Of a DNA stretch of 64,000 bases, positions 23,601 through 42,427 are shown piece by piece; position 1 is the first letter of the stretch, and every line of letters begins with the position of its first letter. The DNA is from Zygnema circumcarinatum SAG 698-1b (lineage: Eukaryota > Plantae > Zygnematophyceae). The stretch spans positions 496,001 through 560,000 of the forward strand of contig CM074823.1 of assembly GCA_037447605.1 (NCBI GenBank), given 5' to 3'. The position numbers and the translations under genes are program-made. The notes below the pieces were generated by a model, which did no database searches, was not told the origin of the DNA, and saw only the letters and a program-made list of their open reading frames with translations.

Positions 23601-26600
23601 GGATAGGGAGAAGAGGGAGGGGAGGAGGAGTGGAGAGGAGAGGGCGGAGCAGGGAGCGGAGGAGGAGAAGAGAGGAGGGAGAGGGAGGAGTAGGAGAGAA
23701 AGGACAGGGAGGAGGGGAGGGAGAGGGAGGAGGAGAGAAAGGAGAGGGAGGAGAGAGAAAGGAGAGGGAGGAGAGGTGGGAGAGGGAGGAGGAGAGAGGA
23801 GAGGTGGGAGAGGGAGGAGGAGAGAAAGGAGAGGGAGGAGAGGTGGGAGAGGGAGGAGGAGAGAAAGGAGAGGGAGGAGAGGTGGGAGAGGGAGGAGGAG
23901 AGAAAGGAGAGGGAGGAGAGGTGGGAGAGGGAAGAGAGAGAAAGGAGAGGGAGGGGAGGTGGGAGGGGGGGGAGGAGAGAAAGGAGAGGGAGGAGAGGTG
24001 GGAGAGGGAGGAGGAGAGGAAGGAGAGGGAGGAGAGGTGGGAGAGGGAGGAGGAGAGAAAGGAGAGGGAGGAGAGGTTGGAGAGGGAGGAGGAGAGAAAG
24101 GAGAGGGAGGGAGAGGTGGGAGAGGGAGGAGGAGAGAAAGGAGAGGGAGGGAGAGGTGGGAGAGGGAGGAGGAGAGAAAGGAGGGGGAGGAGAGGTGAGA
24201 AAGGAGGAGAGGGGGAGGAGAGGTGGGAGAGGGAGGAGGAGAGAAAGGAGAGGGAGGAGAGGTGGGAGAGGGAGGAGGAGAGAAAGGAGAGGGAGGAGGA
24301 GAGGTGGGAGAGGGAGGAGGAGGAGGAGAGAAAGGAGAGGGAGGAGAGGTGGGAGAGGGAGGAGGAGAGAAAGGAGAGGGAGGAGAGGTGGGAGAGGGAG
24401 GAGGAGAGAAAGGAGAGGGAGGAGAGGTGGGAGAGGGAGGAGGAGAGAAAGGAGAGGGAGGAGAGGTGGGAGAGGGAGGAGGAGAGAAAGGAGAGGGAGG
24501 AGAGGTGGGAGAGGGAGGAGGAGAGAAAGGAGAGGGAGGAGAGGTGGGAGAGGGAGGAGGAGAGAAAGGAGAGGGAGGAGAGGTGGGAGAGGGAGGAGGA
24601 GAGAAAGGAGAGGGAGGAGAGGTGGAGAGGGAGGAGGAGAGAGAGGGAGGAGAGGTGGGAGAGGGAGGAGGAGAGAAAGGAGAGGGAGGAGAGGGAGAAG
24701 AGGGAGAAAGGAGAGGGAGGATAGGGAGAAGAGGGAGGGGAGGAGGAGTGGAGAGGAGAGGGCGGAGCAGGGAGCGGAGGAGGAGAAGAGAGGAGGGAGA
24801 GGGAGGAGTAGGAGAGAAAGGACAGGGAGGAGGGGAGGGAGAGGGAGGAGGAGAGAAAGGAGAGGGAGGAGAGGTGGGAGAGGGAGGAGGAGAGAAAGGA
24901 GAGGGAGGAGAGGTGGGAGAGGGAGGAGGAGAGAAAGGAGAGGGAGGAGAGGTGGGAGAGGGAGGAGGAGAGAAAGGAGAGGGAGGTGGGAGAGGGAGGA
25001 GGAGAGAAAGGAGAGGGAGGAGAGGTGGGAGGGGAGGAGGAGAGAAAGGAGGGAGGAGGGGTGGGAGAGGGAGGAGGAGAGAAAGGAGAGGGAGGGAGAG
25101 GTGGGAGAGGGAGAGGAGAGAAAGGAGGAGGAGGAGAGGGGTGGGGAGAGGGAGGAGGAGAGAAAGGAGAGGCAGGAGAGGGAGAGGAGGAGAGAGAAAG
25201 GAGAGGGAGGAGAGGGAGAGGGAGGAGGAGAGAAAGGAGAGGGAGGAGAGGTGGAAGAGAGGAGGAGGAGGAGAGAAAGGAGAGGGAGGAGAGAGAAAGG
25301 AGAGGGAGGAGAGGTGGGAGAGGGAGGAGGAGAGAAAGGAGAGGGAGGAGAGGTGGGAGAGGGAGGAGGAGAGAAAGGAGAGGGAGGAGAGGTGGGAGAG
25401 GGAGGAGGAGAGAAAGGAGAGGGAGGAGAGGTGGGAGAGGGAGGAGGAGAGAAAGGAGAGGGAGGATAGGGAGAAGAGGGAGGGGAGGAGGAGAGGAGGA
25501 GAGGGAGGAGGAGGGAGAGGGAGGAGAAAGGAGAGGGAGGGAGAGGGAGGAGAGGAGAGAAAGGAGAGGGAGGGAGAGGTGGGAGAGAGGGAGGAGGAGA
25601 GAAAGGAGAGGGAGGAGAGGTGGGAGAGGGAGGAGGAGAGAAAGAGAGGGAGGAGAGGGGGAGGGAGGAGAGAGAAAAGGAGAGGGAGGAGAGGTGGGAG
25701 AGGGAGGAGGAGAGAAAGGAGAGGGAGGAGAGGTGGGAGAGGGAGGAGGAGAGAAAGGAGAGGGAGGAGAGGTGGGAGAGGGAGGAGAGGGGGGAGGAGA
25801 GGTGGGAGAGGGAGGAGGAGAGAAAGGAGAGGGAGGAGAGGTGGGAGAGGGAGGAGGAGAGAAAGGAGAGGGAGGAGAGGTGGGAGAGGGAGGAGGAGAG
25901 AAAGGAGAGGGAGGAGAGGTGGGAGAGGGAGGAGGAGAGAAAGGAGAGGGAGGAGAGGTGGGAGAGGGAGGAGGAGAGAAGGGGGGGAGGGGAGGGGGGG
26001 GAGAGGGAGAGAGGAGGAGGAAGGGGAGGGAGGAGAGGTGGAAGAGGGAGGAGGAGAGAAAGGAGAGGGAGGAGAGGTGGGAGAGGGAGGAGGAGAGAAA
26101 GGAGAGGGAGGAGAGGTGGGAGACGGAGGAGGAGAGAAAGGAGAGGGAGGAGAGAGGAGGGGTCATGTAGGTGGTCACCTGACTCATCTGCAGCTCACTG
26201 TTCACACGTGCGAAGTTTCCCTCAGCCTCTTCAAACCTCTGTTTCAAAGCCACCCCCAAAGAAAAAAAAATACAAAAATAAATAAACAAACAAGATAACA
26301 TAGAATAAAAAAACAATGACATACAAATGTATCGTGAGATTTAAATCAGAATCGCCGCGCTTTTTAAAATTCATCTATCCAAATTGTCCGTCGTTATATA
26401 TTCTATGCTTATCTTTTTACTTGTTTTATTATTTTTTTTTCATGTTTTGTATTTTCCAGTCGGATAAAAATAGAACCTTGACAGCCGAAGCAGAGGCCTC
26501 TCTCTCTCCCTCCAAAAGCTTCCCCAAATGACGCTCTCTCTCCTGCGCCGCTACCACCGCCTCTCTCTCCCTCTCCTGCACTCGCAGGAGGGAGAGTGGT

Positions 26601-28723
26601 CAGAAAGAGAGAGGGGGAGGGAGTGGGAGGGAGAGAGAGAGGGGTCAATGAGAGAGAGAGGGAGGGAGAGAGAGAGGTCAGCGAGAGAGAGAGAGAGCAA
26701 GGGAGAGAGAGCGAAAGAGAGAGATCAGAGAGAGGGATCATAGAGAGAGGGAGGGAGAGAGAGAGAGGTCAGAGAGAGTAAGGGAGGGAGAGAGAGAGGT
26801 CAGAGAAAGAGAGGGAGGGAGAGAGAGAGGGAGAGAGGGAGTGGTCAGAGAGAGAGAGGCTCCTCCCCAAGAGAAAGTCTCCTCCCTCACCAGCTTCCCT
26901 CGCAGCGCTTCCACGAGGACGCTCTGTTTTTGCTCCGCCGCCTGCTTGCACCCTCGCACGTGTGAGCCTGTCATTTGATTCGCTCAATTCATAATTTTTT
27001 TCTTTTATTCTCCCCTGACCCTAAACCCGAAACCCTAAACTTTAACCCTAAACCCTAAATCCAAAATCCTAAATCCTAAACCCTACACTCTAAACCCTAA
27101 ACCCTAAACCCTAAACCCTACACTCTAAACCCTAAACCCTAAACCCTANNNNNNNNNNACCCTACACCCTACACCCTACACCCTACACCCTACACCCTAC
27201 ACCCTAAACCCTAAACCCTAACCCCTAAACCCTAAACCCTACACCCTAAACCCTAACCCCTAAACCCTACACCCTAAACCCTAACCCCTAAATCCTAACC
27301 CTTAACCCCTTAAACCCTAAACCCTAAACCCTACCTTTGCATTCTCCACCTGCTCCTGTAGTTGCCTTTGCGCTTTTTGAGCTGCTTCCGCCCTCCTCCC
27401 CATCTCCTCCTCTGCCCCCAATCGGAGTCTCTCTACCACACTCCTCTTCTCTCCCTCTGCCTCCTCTCTCTCTCTCTCCCTCTCTCTCTGCTCCTCCTGA
27501 ACTCTCCTCTTTAGCTCCGCAACTTCGTTCTTCTGCCTGCAGTTGGGGTCATCATATAAATATCATCAGAATATGTATAAATTTATTTAAATACTCATTT
27601 GCTTACTTAGTAATTTAGTCCTTAAGTTATTCTCTCTCCCCTATCGCTCCCTCCCTCGCCCCTCACTCCTCCCCTGCCCCTTTCAGTCTGCCTGACTCAC
27701 TCCCTCTCTCATCAACCTCCCTCTCCCACCTCTCTCTTCCCCCCTTCCCCTCCCTCTCTCACCGACCACCCCTTTCCGCCCCCCTCCCTTCTCTTCCCCT
27801 CCCTCTCCCCCAACCTCGCTCCCCTCCCCCTCCCCCTCCCCCTCTCCCTCCTCACCCACCCTCTCTTCCCTCTCCCTTCCTCCTCCCCCTCTCTACTTTT
27901 CCGCCTCCCTCTCCCCTCCCTCTCTCCCCTCTCTCTTCCCCTCTCTCTCTCCCATCTCTCCTCTCTCTGTCCTCTCCTTCCCTTCTCTCTCTCCCCTCTC
28001 TCCCCCCTCTCACTCTCCCCTCTCTCTCCCCCCTCTCTCTCTGCCCTCTCTTTCCCCTCTCTCTCCCCTCTCTCTCCCCTCGCTCTCTCCCCTCTCTCTC
28101 TGCCCTCTCTCCTTCCCCTCTCTCTCTCCCCTCTCACCCCCCTCTCTCGCCCCTCTCTCTCTCTCTCCTCTATATCTCTCCCTTCTCTCTCTTCCCTCTC
28201 TCCCCTCTCTCTCTCTCACCTCTCGATTACTGCCTCCGCCTCCTCTCTCGACTGCGCCGCTATCGCCATCCTCTCCCGCAGATCCTCCAACTCGCTCTCC
28301 CTCTCCGCCACGTGTCCTGCTCTCATTCGCGCCTCACACGTCATCTTCTCCTTCTCCTCCTCCGCTCTCTCCCACTTCTCCCTCCACTCTCTCTCAATCT
28401 CCGCACATGCCTCCTGCAGAGCCTGCTTCAAAAAAATCAAAATAAATAAAGAAATAACAGCTGATAACAAAATTTTCAAGTATTAAAGAAAATTAGGATA
28501 GTACGATCAGCATAACTGGTAGGAATGTACGGGAGGAGTTTCTTCACTTTATTTTATTTTATTTTCTTTATGTTAGATAAAAGTTAGGGTTTCCTCACGA
28601 GAGAGTGCTTCTCCTGCACACTTCGCTGAGCCAATGTCATCTCCTCCGACTTTTTCGATTCCACTTCCAATTGCTGCCTTAGATCCTGTCCATCAGAGAG
28701 AGGGAGAGAGAGAGAGAGAGAGG

Positions 28724-28774
<51 letters not shown>

Positions 28775-31606
28775 AGGGAGAGACAGAGACACACAGAGAG
28801 GGAAGACAGGAGAGTGAGAGAGAGGGGAGGGGAGGGGGAGGGGCATCAAGAGGGGGGGAAGAAAAGAGAGAGAGAAGAGAGGAGAGAGAGGGGAGGGGAG
28901 GGGGGAGGGGCGGGAGAGAGAGAGAGTGAAGAGATAGGGGAGGAAACAGGAGGGGGAAGGGGGGAGACAGAGAGAGAGAGAGATGAGAGAGAGGGCAGGG
29001 GAGGGGGGAGGGGGAAGAGAGAGAGGGGAGGGGAGGGAAGGGGGAAGGGAGAGAGGGAGAGAGTAAAAATAGATATAGGGAAAGAATGTATCTCTCCCTC
29101 CCCCCGTTTCTCAAAAACCTCGGTCAGCAACGGCAGAATTTCCCGAAAATAAAGAAAAATCTAAAACCCGAAAGAAAAAAAAAAAAAAAGGGGTTACAAA
29201 AAATTCTGTATGCATCTAATCTTGACTTTTTATTTCATCTTGGATTTTACCTCATTGGCTTTTTGAAGGGAGCGAAATTCGGCCAATGAGACGACGCCAT
29301 CTGGCGCGGCAGATCCGACCAATCGGAGCCGCTTTCCTTCCGTTTTTGTCTCTTCTGCGAGAGGAAGAGTTGGCTCCTCCGATTCTGTCGGCCCATAGAG
29401 GAGAGAGAGAGAGAGTGAGTCACTCACTCCCTCTTACTCTCTCTCTCCCTCTCTCTTTCACTTCACCCTCTCTCTCTCCCTCTCTCGCACTCTCTCCCTC
29501 CATTCTCTTTCTCTATTAACCTCTCCCTCCTGCCCTCGTCCTGTCTAAATCTCTCTCCCACTCACTCTCTCTCTCGCTCTTCCTCTCTCATTCACTCTCT
29601 CTCTCTCCCTCTCTCGGTCCCCCTCTCTCCCACTCTCTCCCTCCATTCTCTTTCTCTGTTAACCTCTCTCTCCTGCCCTCGACCTGTCTAAACCTCTCCC
29701 CCTCTCCCTCTCCCTCCTCTCCCTCATGCCTGAAACCCCAAAGAGCTTCACCCCCCAAACCTTAACCCCTAACCCTAAACCCTAAACCCTAAACCAGAAC
29801 CCTAAACCCTAAACCTCAAACCCTAACCCCTAAACATTAAACCCTAAACCCTCACTTGAGAAGGACAGCCTCCGCTTCAATGACTTTGACGCTGACACGG
29901 GCAGAGACGATATATCTCGATACACAAAGGAGAGCGCCGGATCTGCATACACACATCAAGGATGAAAAAAAAACAAAAAAATGTAAGGAGAAAGTGGGAA
30001 GTACAAGTGGAGTCAAAGTCTGATGGATCACAAAAATGTTGTGATTTTAAGCGAGACACAAAAGAAGTGCAGATTCTCTCTCTCTCTCTCTCTCTCTCCC
30101 TCTCACTCTCTCACACTCTCTCTCTAATCCTCTCCCACTTCCTCTCCAATTGTCCTCCCTGCCCCCCTCCGTCTCCCTCCTCCCATCCTCCCTCTCCTCC
30201 TTACCCACTCCACCTTCCCTCCCTGCCCTCTCCTTTTCCCCTCCCTCTGCCTCTCCCTACCGCCCTCTCCCCTCACGCCTCTCCCTCTCTCCCTCCATCT
30301 CCACGCATACCTAGCCCTTCTCCCTCTCCCCTTCCTCCCTCCCTGCCCCTACATTTCCCTTTCCCTCCCCTCTCCCTCTCCCTCCCCTCTCCTCTCTTCC
30401 ACTCCCTCTCCCAATTTCCCCCTCCCTCGCCCCTCTTACCTCTCTCCTCCCCCCCTCTCTATCTCCCTGTCCCTCTCCCTCCCCCCCTTCAATTTCCTTC
30501 TCCCTCTCCCTCTCTCCACTCCCCCTCTCTCCCACTCCCTCTCCCTTTCCCTTTCCCTCCCCTCTTCCTCCCCCTACCCTCTCCTTCTCTCCTCCTTCCT
30601 CTATCCTCCCCTCCCCTCACCCTCTCCCTCTCCCATTCCCTCTCCCTCCCCTCTCCCTGTTCTCCCCCCCTTCCCCTCTCCTCCCCCCCTCTCACCCTCT
30701 CCCTCTCCCTTTCCCTCTCCCTCCNNNNNNNNNNCTCTCCCTCTCCCTTTCCCTCTCCCTCCCCTCTCCCTCTTCTCTCCCCCTTCCTCTCTCCTCCCCC
30801 CCTCTCACCCTCTCCCTCTCCCGTTCCCACTCCCTCCCCTCTCCCTCGTCTCCCCCCCTTCCTCTCTCCTCCCCCCCGCTCACCCACTCCCTCTCCCATT
30901 CCCTCTCCCTTTCCTCTCCCTCTTCTCCCCCCTTCCTCTCCCTCCCCCCTCTCCCTCTCCCTCTCCCTCTCCCCCCCCTCTCAACACCCCTCCCTCTCTC
31001 CCTCTACCTGCCACATTCTCTCCCACCACAATCCCCGGCAACGCCACCAGCGACAGCACGTCTCCATGTCTCAGTTCCACCTCCGTTCCGTTCCGTTCCA
31101 GCCGCGTTCCGTTGATCCATGTCCCGTTCGAACTGCAGTCCTTCACCCACACCTCAAATTCGTCCGAATTTTTTAAATTTTGGCGCCGAAAAATTTTACA
31201 ATGTCGCCCGCTGACGGCGGCGGCATCGAATCCGTACGGCCCCGCGGCGCCGCGGCCCAAACAGTGCTGCTCCGCCCTCAGAACTATGTCGGGGCCCTGC
31301 AGACAAACAAAGGGCATCGATTTTTCAATAGATTAAAAAAACATCTAAAAAAATAAGGAAGAGTAAAAATCAACATTTTTTGTTTTTCTAACGTTAAGAG
31401 TTTAACAATTTTTTTCGGGAAAAAAAGAAAAAAAAAAAAAACCCCTCGCACACCTGAGAGCGTTCAATGGCTGCCGTGGAGAGAGCGGTGAGGAGGCCCC
31501 ATTGGCCGGGGGTGACAGCTGTCACGGGCTGCTTGGCGAGGCCCAAGGCAGCGTTCCGTATGGAGAGAAACCCGGCGATGGGAGAGGAGGGGGGGGAGGG
31601 AGACAT
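19729..31606 (-). CDS. FHA-domain / long coiled-coil protein resembling Arabidopsis At2g45460 (SMAD/FHA family), 12 exons
   Basis: Exons 31606-31454, 31296-31008 (FHA: HCLGRG...[11 protein letters not shown]...[13 protein letters not shown]...LRHGDVLSL), 29942-29856, 29384-29251 ([14 protein letters not shown]), 28685-28599, 28422-28220, 27536-27335, 26941-26891, 26575-26477, 26238-26179, 21963-21842 ([13 protein letters not shown]), 21715-19729 ([15 protein letters not shown]...). All phases are consistent. The last exon crosses two 10-N gaps, so its internal structure is less certain. Confidence 0.88.
22060..26160 (+). repeat. ~4.1-kb purine-rich 39-bp minisatellite (GGAGAGGGAGGAGAGGTGGGAGAGGGAGGAGGAGAGAAA) in FHA-gene intron 10
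   Basis: The 13-aa period [13 protein letters not shown] in the ORF track matches a 39-bp unit. A longer interrupting block recurs at ~22060, ~23600 and ~24720. Confidence 0.9.
27020..27332 (+). repeat. Interstitial (CCCTAAA)n / (CCCTACA)n array in FHA-gene intron 7
   Basis: Direct reading; on the sense (minus) strand it starts at the donor itself (AAG|GTAGGGTTTAGGG). Contains a 10-N gap. Confidence 0.9.
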
Positions 31607-33136
31607 GGGAGGGAGAGGGAGGGAGGGAGGGAGGGAGGGAGGGAGGGGGAGAAGAGAGAGGGGGTGGAAGGGAGAGAGAGAGAGAGAGGGGATAGAAGGG
31701 AGAGGGAGAGAAGGAGAGAGAGAGAGAGAGATGGGGTGGAAGAGAGAGAGAGCGAGAGAGGGGGGGAGAGAGACGGAGGGAGGAGGGCAGGACGCGTGAG
31801 AATGACGCGCGGACGCCATCAACGGTCGAATTTTTGAATGTTTGCGCATAAAGCGTCGTCGGGTGAAACGGAACTCTGCGACATGTAGTCGCCCGTCACG
31901 ATCACGTTGACGCTGGCGTCACGTTTCGTCACGTCACAGCTTTGGCTGGCAGACGTCACGTATGTCACGGAACGGTTTCCAACACAAAATTGACAAAATT
32001 GAAACATACAAAAATTATCACTACTGTCCCCCCTCCCTCCCCCTCTCCCTCTCTCTCTCCCACTCGCGCCCTCTCTGCCCTTTGGCCCTCCATTCCCTCA
32101 CTCCCTCTCTCCCTCCTATCTGCCTCTCGCTCTCACTTTCCCTCATTTCTCCCCTTCCCCTCACCTCCCTCCCTGCCTCTCTCTTCTCTCTCCCTTCCTC
32201 CGTCTCCCACTGCCTCTTGCACTCTCCCTCTCTATCTCTTTGACCCCTCCCCTCCCCTCCCCTTCCCCCCTCCCCCTCTCGCCCATCTTCCCTCCCTCCG
32301 TCGCTCTCTCCGTCGCTCCCTCCCTCCCTCCCTCCCCATGCCCTCTCCGCTGAAGTGCGTGCTCCCATGGCAATCCATGTGCCCCTATGCATCTCTCCCA
32401 TTTCGCGGCGCTCCTCGGGGGGTGCCCGTAGCCGCTCTCTCTCGCCGTCGAATCCATGCAAATGTCAGTTCAGTTCTCAGTTTCCGTTATCATCAAGCAA
32501 TTCCAAAACAGAAAAACCCGACAAACTGAAAGAGCTCAAAACCCAAAACCCAAAAAAATTAGAAACCCAAAAACTGAATAAAACCAGTACCCTAAAAAAT
32601 TAAAACCCAGAAACCCAAAATAGCATAATGACCAAATGAGTGCCATGAGCTCATTGTGGAGAACAGGACGAGTGGGAAAGAGGGAGGAGTGGGAGAGGGA
32701 GGAGAGAGAGAGAGAGAGAGCGAGAAAGGTGTGAGGAGGGGGATGGAGGAGAGTGAAAGAGAAGGGGAGAGACAGAGAGGGCAGAGTGACAGGGAGAGGG
32801 AGTAGGAGACGGCTGGGGGGATTCTGGAAAGGGAAATCAGGAAGAAAGAGAGAGATACAGAGGGCAAGAGAGTGAGGGAAAGAGAGGGGCCGAGAGCGAG
32901 GTGGAGAGAGAGTGGGAGAGAGAAGATGGGTGAGAGAGAGAGGGGGGAAAGAGGGGGTTGAGAGGGAGTGGGAGAGAGGGAGGGGGAGAGGGAGAGGGAG
33001 AGACAGGGGGTGAGGGTAGGGGTATTCTAGTTATGTGCAATTTTCGCCAATGTTGAGTTCTCTCACACCAAAGAAGTAACTGTGGGAATGTGGGGGACAG
33101 GGTCCAGCGCTGACCAATCCCAGGCTGCCACCTGGA

Positions 33137-38113
<4,977 letters not shown>

Positions 38114-39143
38114 AAAAAAAAATTGTCTTGGAAACTGAAATGTCTTTTTGTTGCCCGAAGCTTGTTCTTTTATTTCTTTTACTTTCACCTGCCCATCTCT
38201 CTCCCCCTCTTCCCCCCCACCCCATCTCTCTCCCTCCCCCCCCACCCTTTCCCTCGCTCCCCACCCTCTTCCTCCCTCCCCACCCTCTCCCCCCTCCCTC
38301 ACCCTCTCCCTCCTCCCCCACTCTCTCCCTTTCCCTTCACCCTCTCCCTTTCCCCCCACCCACTCCCTCCTACCCCACCCCCTCCCTCCTAGCCCACCTC
38401 CTCCCTCCCCCCCCACCCTCTCCCTCCTCCCCACCCTCTCCCTCCCTACCCTCTTCCTCCTCCCCCACCCTCTCCCTCCCCCCCCACCCTCTCCCTATTC
38501 CCCAACTCCCTCCCTTTCCCCCCACCCTCTCCCTCCCTCCCCACCCCCTCCCTCCTCCCCCCAATTCTAAGGTGATGGACGGTGGGTTGGCTTGTTGTTG
38601 AGGTTCAATGTCACCCCGTATGCGATGTGTGCAGTATTCCACCTCTCGTTATTCCAAATGTTTACATTTGTGCCGCAATGTGAACTCCGATGACATGCTC
38701 CAACGAAGTGGCCAATGCCGGATGTCAAACTGTTGAATTTTTATTTTTTATCTGAGTTCAAACTAAATAATATCGCTTTTAGCCGCTCGGCCTCTCTTGA
38801 CTAAGTATACACAGTTCACGTTCTCTCGCTCTCTCTCTTTCCCTCTCACTCTCCACTCTCTCTCTCTCTCTCTCGGCCCTCTCTCTCTCGCTCCCCCTAC
38901 CCCTCCCTTCCAATTTCCTTCTTAATCCCTTTTCCCTCTCCCTATCTTCCTCTCTCTCTACCTTTCCCTCCCTCCCTAGCCACCCCTAAACCCTAGCCCT
39001 AAAACTTCGTGCCCAGACCTGATTCCGACTTTCTCCGGTCAACAAAACAAGAAACTAAAAAAAACCAAACTGTTTTACCCGTTCAACAATATTTCGCCAT
39101 CGTTTTTATTTACTATTTTTCTGCCCTGAAATTTTGAAAATTT

Positions 39144-42100
39144 TTAGTCCGATGGAATTTCCACTTCCATTTTCACGCTCGATCCAAGAACCTGCGGAAA
39201 TAAAAAAAGACGTTAAGAAAACATTCCAAATTTAAAGGAAAAACTTAGCCACCTTGCTATATTCAGATAGCAACCCCCTTAAAGCCCATTTATGCCCCAT
39301 ATGCACCCCTTTTTATACTCCATTTGGACCCCGTTTATAGCCCATACTATACCCCATATGTACCCCAGTTTATACCCCATTTGTATACCCCATATATACC
39401 CCATTTATACCCCATTTATACCCCATTTATACCCCATTTATATCCCATTTATACCCTATAAAAGGAGGAGAAAAACTGACTTGGCAGAAGTCCGAAAAGG
39501 AGAGGGAGCAGTCCTGAGGGAAGCCGGCTTCGAGCAGAGCGCGGGACGCAACTTTCTGGAAAGGGACAGGTTAATGGCGTGAGGTGGGAGGGAGAGAGAC
39601 AGAGAGAGAGAGGGGGGGAGAGAGGGAGAGAGAGGGGGAGAAAGAAAGAAAAAGCGAGAGTCAGAGGGAGAGAGAGAGAGAGGGAGGGTGAGGGGGGAGG
39701 GGACAGAGAGAGAGAGCGGGGAGAGATGGAGGGGGGGGGAGAGGGGGTGCGGAGAGAGGAAGAAAGAGGGAGAGATAGAGGGGGAGAGAAGGGGGTGAAG
39801 GGAAGAGAGACAGGGGAGAGGGAGAGAGGAGGGGTGAGAGAAGAAAGAAGGAGAGGGTGAGGGGGGGCGCAGAGAGAGAGAGCGGGGAGAGAGATGGAGG
39901 GGGGGAGAGAGGGGTTGCAGAGAGGGAGAAAGAGAGAGAGATAGAGGGGGAGAGGGGGGGCAGGGGGAAGAGACAAGGGGGAGGGAGAGAGGAGGGGTCA
40001 GTGAAGAGAGAGGCACGGGGGAAGAGAGGGAGAAAAAAGGGAGAGGTGGGGAGGGAGGAAGAGAGAGAGGGAGGAAGGCAGAGGGGGAAAGGGGCGAGAG
40101 AGTGATTGGAAGAAAGTGAACGAAAGAAAGACCCCTCTCCCTCTCTCTCTCCCCCTAGCTCTCTCCCTCCCCCTCTCTCCCTCTCTCCTTCTCCCTCTCT
40201 CCTCTCTCTCTCCCCCTCACTCGCCCTCCCTCTATCTCCCTCTCTCTCTCCCAATATCTCTCCCTCTCTCTCCCTATCTCTCCCTCTCCCTCTCTCTCTC
40301 CCTCTCTCCCTCTCTCTCTCTCTCCCTCTCTCTCTCCCTCTCTCCTCTCTATCTCCCCCTCACTCGCCCTCCCTCTCTCTCTCCCAATATCACCCTCTCT
40401 CTCTCCCAATATCACCCTCTCTCTCTCTCCCTCTTATCTCCCCCTCTCTCTCCCCCCTCTCTCTCCCTCTCTCTCCCTCTCCCTCTCTCTCTCTCCCTCT
40501 CTCTCTCTCTCTCAGTTTCTACCTGGCGCTGCTCATCCGACAGGAAGGATCCGGAGAGATCACGGAGGACCGATTCTATGTCCTCCCGAGAGACACGTCC
40601 GTTTCCGTCGACGTCGTAAAGACGGAAAATGACTGCATGGAACCGCCGTTCAGTTTCACTTCCAGTTTCAGTTCCAGTGCTAAAATCCGTTACACGACTC
40701 GGCAGACATTCTCCCATACACTTCTAGAACCCCAAAATGTCTAATCTCAACAAATAAGAAGAAAAAAAAAAGTTAAATAAAAATGAACTGAATGAAATGA
40801 TAATCAAAGAAGTAAATAAAACTTAGTAACTCAATTTAGAACGAATAAAATTATGGTTAAAATTAGGGTAAGAAGGACTCACGGCGAACTTTATCTTCAG
40901 AACTCGCTTTGGCACTAAACGCCGAAAGTAGCGCCACGAAGTCTTTGAAATTTACTGCTTCCAACATTCGCAGCAGCCTCTGCAATAGCCAAAGAAGTCA
41001 ACAAAGTCAAACCCAGTCAAGCAAAGTCGGCAAAGTCAAAGAAGTCTAGAAAGGCAAAGAAGTTTAGAAAGTCTTCGAAGTCAAGAATGTCAATGAACTT
41101 AGAACACTAAAGCAGGAGGGAAAAGGGGAAGGACATGAGGGAGGCAGCGGTGAGAGACCAAGAGAGAGAGAGGGGGGCAGAGAGGGAGAGATAAGGAGAA
41201 AGAGGGAGGGAGATAGAGAGGCGAGAAAGAGAGGCGAGAAAGTGAGAGGGAGAGGGGGTGAGAGACCGCGAGAGAGAGAGAGAGAGGGAGAGAGAAAGGG
41301 AAAGAAGCGAGAGAATGAGAGAGAGACGAGAAAGAGAGAGGGAGAGATCTTTACGGTTTCTAGGGCTACTAGGGTCATTCCAACAATACTTTGATTCATC
41401 AGTAGACATTATTCAGTTTAGTCAATCAATCGGTTAGTCATTAGTCATTTCTTAATCCCTAAACCCTAAAACGGGAGCGCTAAACCCCAAAACCTAAACC
41501 CTAAACCCTAAACCCCTAAAACACTAAAACCCTAAAACCCTAAAACCATAGAACCCTAAAACCCTAAAACCCTAAAACCCTAGACCCACCTGCGCGAGCG
41601 GGTTGAGAGCAAATTCCGGAATGGCCATGAACTCGTCCGCCGTGATGTAGCCCTTCCCGCTGCGATCAAGGGCGCAGAATCGCTCATAGAGCGCCACAAT
41701 TTCCTGTTGGGAAACTGAACGGAAACGGTAACAGAAAACCAACATGTGAACGAACACACATGGTTAGAAAGGCCATCCGAGGTTTTGTAAGTGCAGTATT
41801 TTTCTGCTTCGATGCATGAGAGACCAGAGAACATGCATACATACAAGTATGAGGGAGGGAGGGAAGGGAGGGGAGGGAGGGGAGGGAGGGAGGGAGGGAG
41901 GGAGGGAGGGAGGGAAGGAGATGGCATGCATGGAGTCCATCCACTGATTCTCTGCATGCATACTCTCATACCCCCTTGAATGCATGACCTGACCACATGC
42001 ATGCACGCATGACATGACAGCCTGCATGGAAGCTATGATGTATGCATGCATGACATGACCACATGCAAGCATAACACGACAAACATGCATGGAGCTCATG

Positions 42101-42427
42101 TATGCATTGACACATATACATGCGTAACATGATCACATGCATAACTGACATGGGGGAGGAGGGGCAGTAGGAGGGGCAGGGAGGGAGAGACAAAGGGACG
42201 AGGGAAAGGGGCAATGAGAGAGCAAGCAGTGGGAGTGGGGCATACCTGCATGCATTGTAAAAAGTCATGCATGCCAATACAAACACATCCGTACATGCAT
42301 CCATACATCCATACATCCTACATGCATCCATGCATCGATGCATGCATGCATACGCACATTTTCCACCCACATGCTGCTGAACCTCCTCAATGTCGTACTG
42401 AGTCAGCAGGGAGGACGCGCTGCCCAT
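39144..42427 (-). CDS. Calcineurin B-like / CHP-type EF-hand calcium-binding protein (similar to Arabidopsis At3g18430), ~174 aa, N-myristoylation motif
   Basis: Six exons: 42427-42358 (MGSASSLLTQYDIEEVQQHVGGK), 41714-41590 (FSQQEIVALYERFCALDRSGKGYITADEF...NPLAQ), 40979-40883, 40632-40523 (IFRLYDVDGNGRVSREDI, EF-hand), 39555-39481, 39191-39144 (VLGSSVKMEVEIPSD*). Complete, in frame, GT-AG. Confidence 0.93.

Noticed and set aside
21991-26322. 1443-aa and other long ORFs across the 39-bp minisatellite
   Set aside because: Stop-free only because of purine/pyrimidine repeat composition; the region lies inside a resolved intron.
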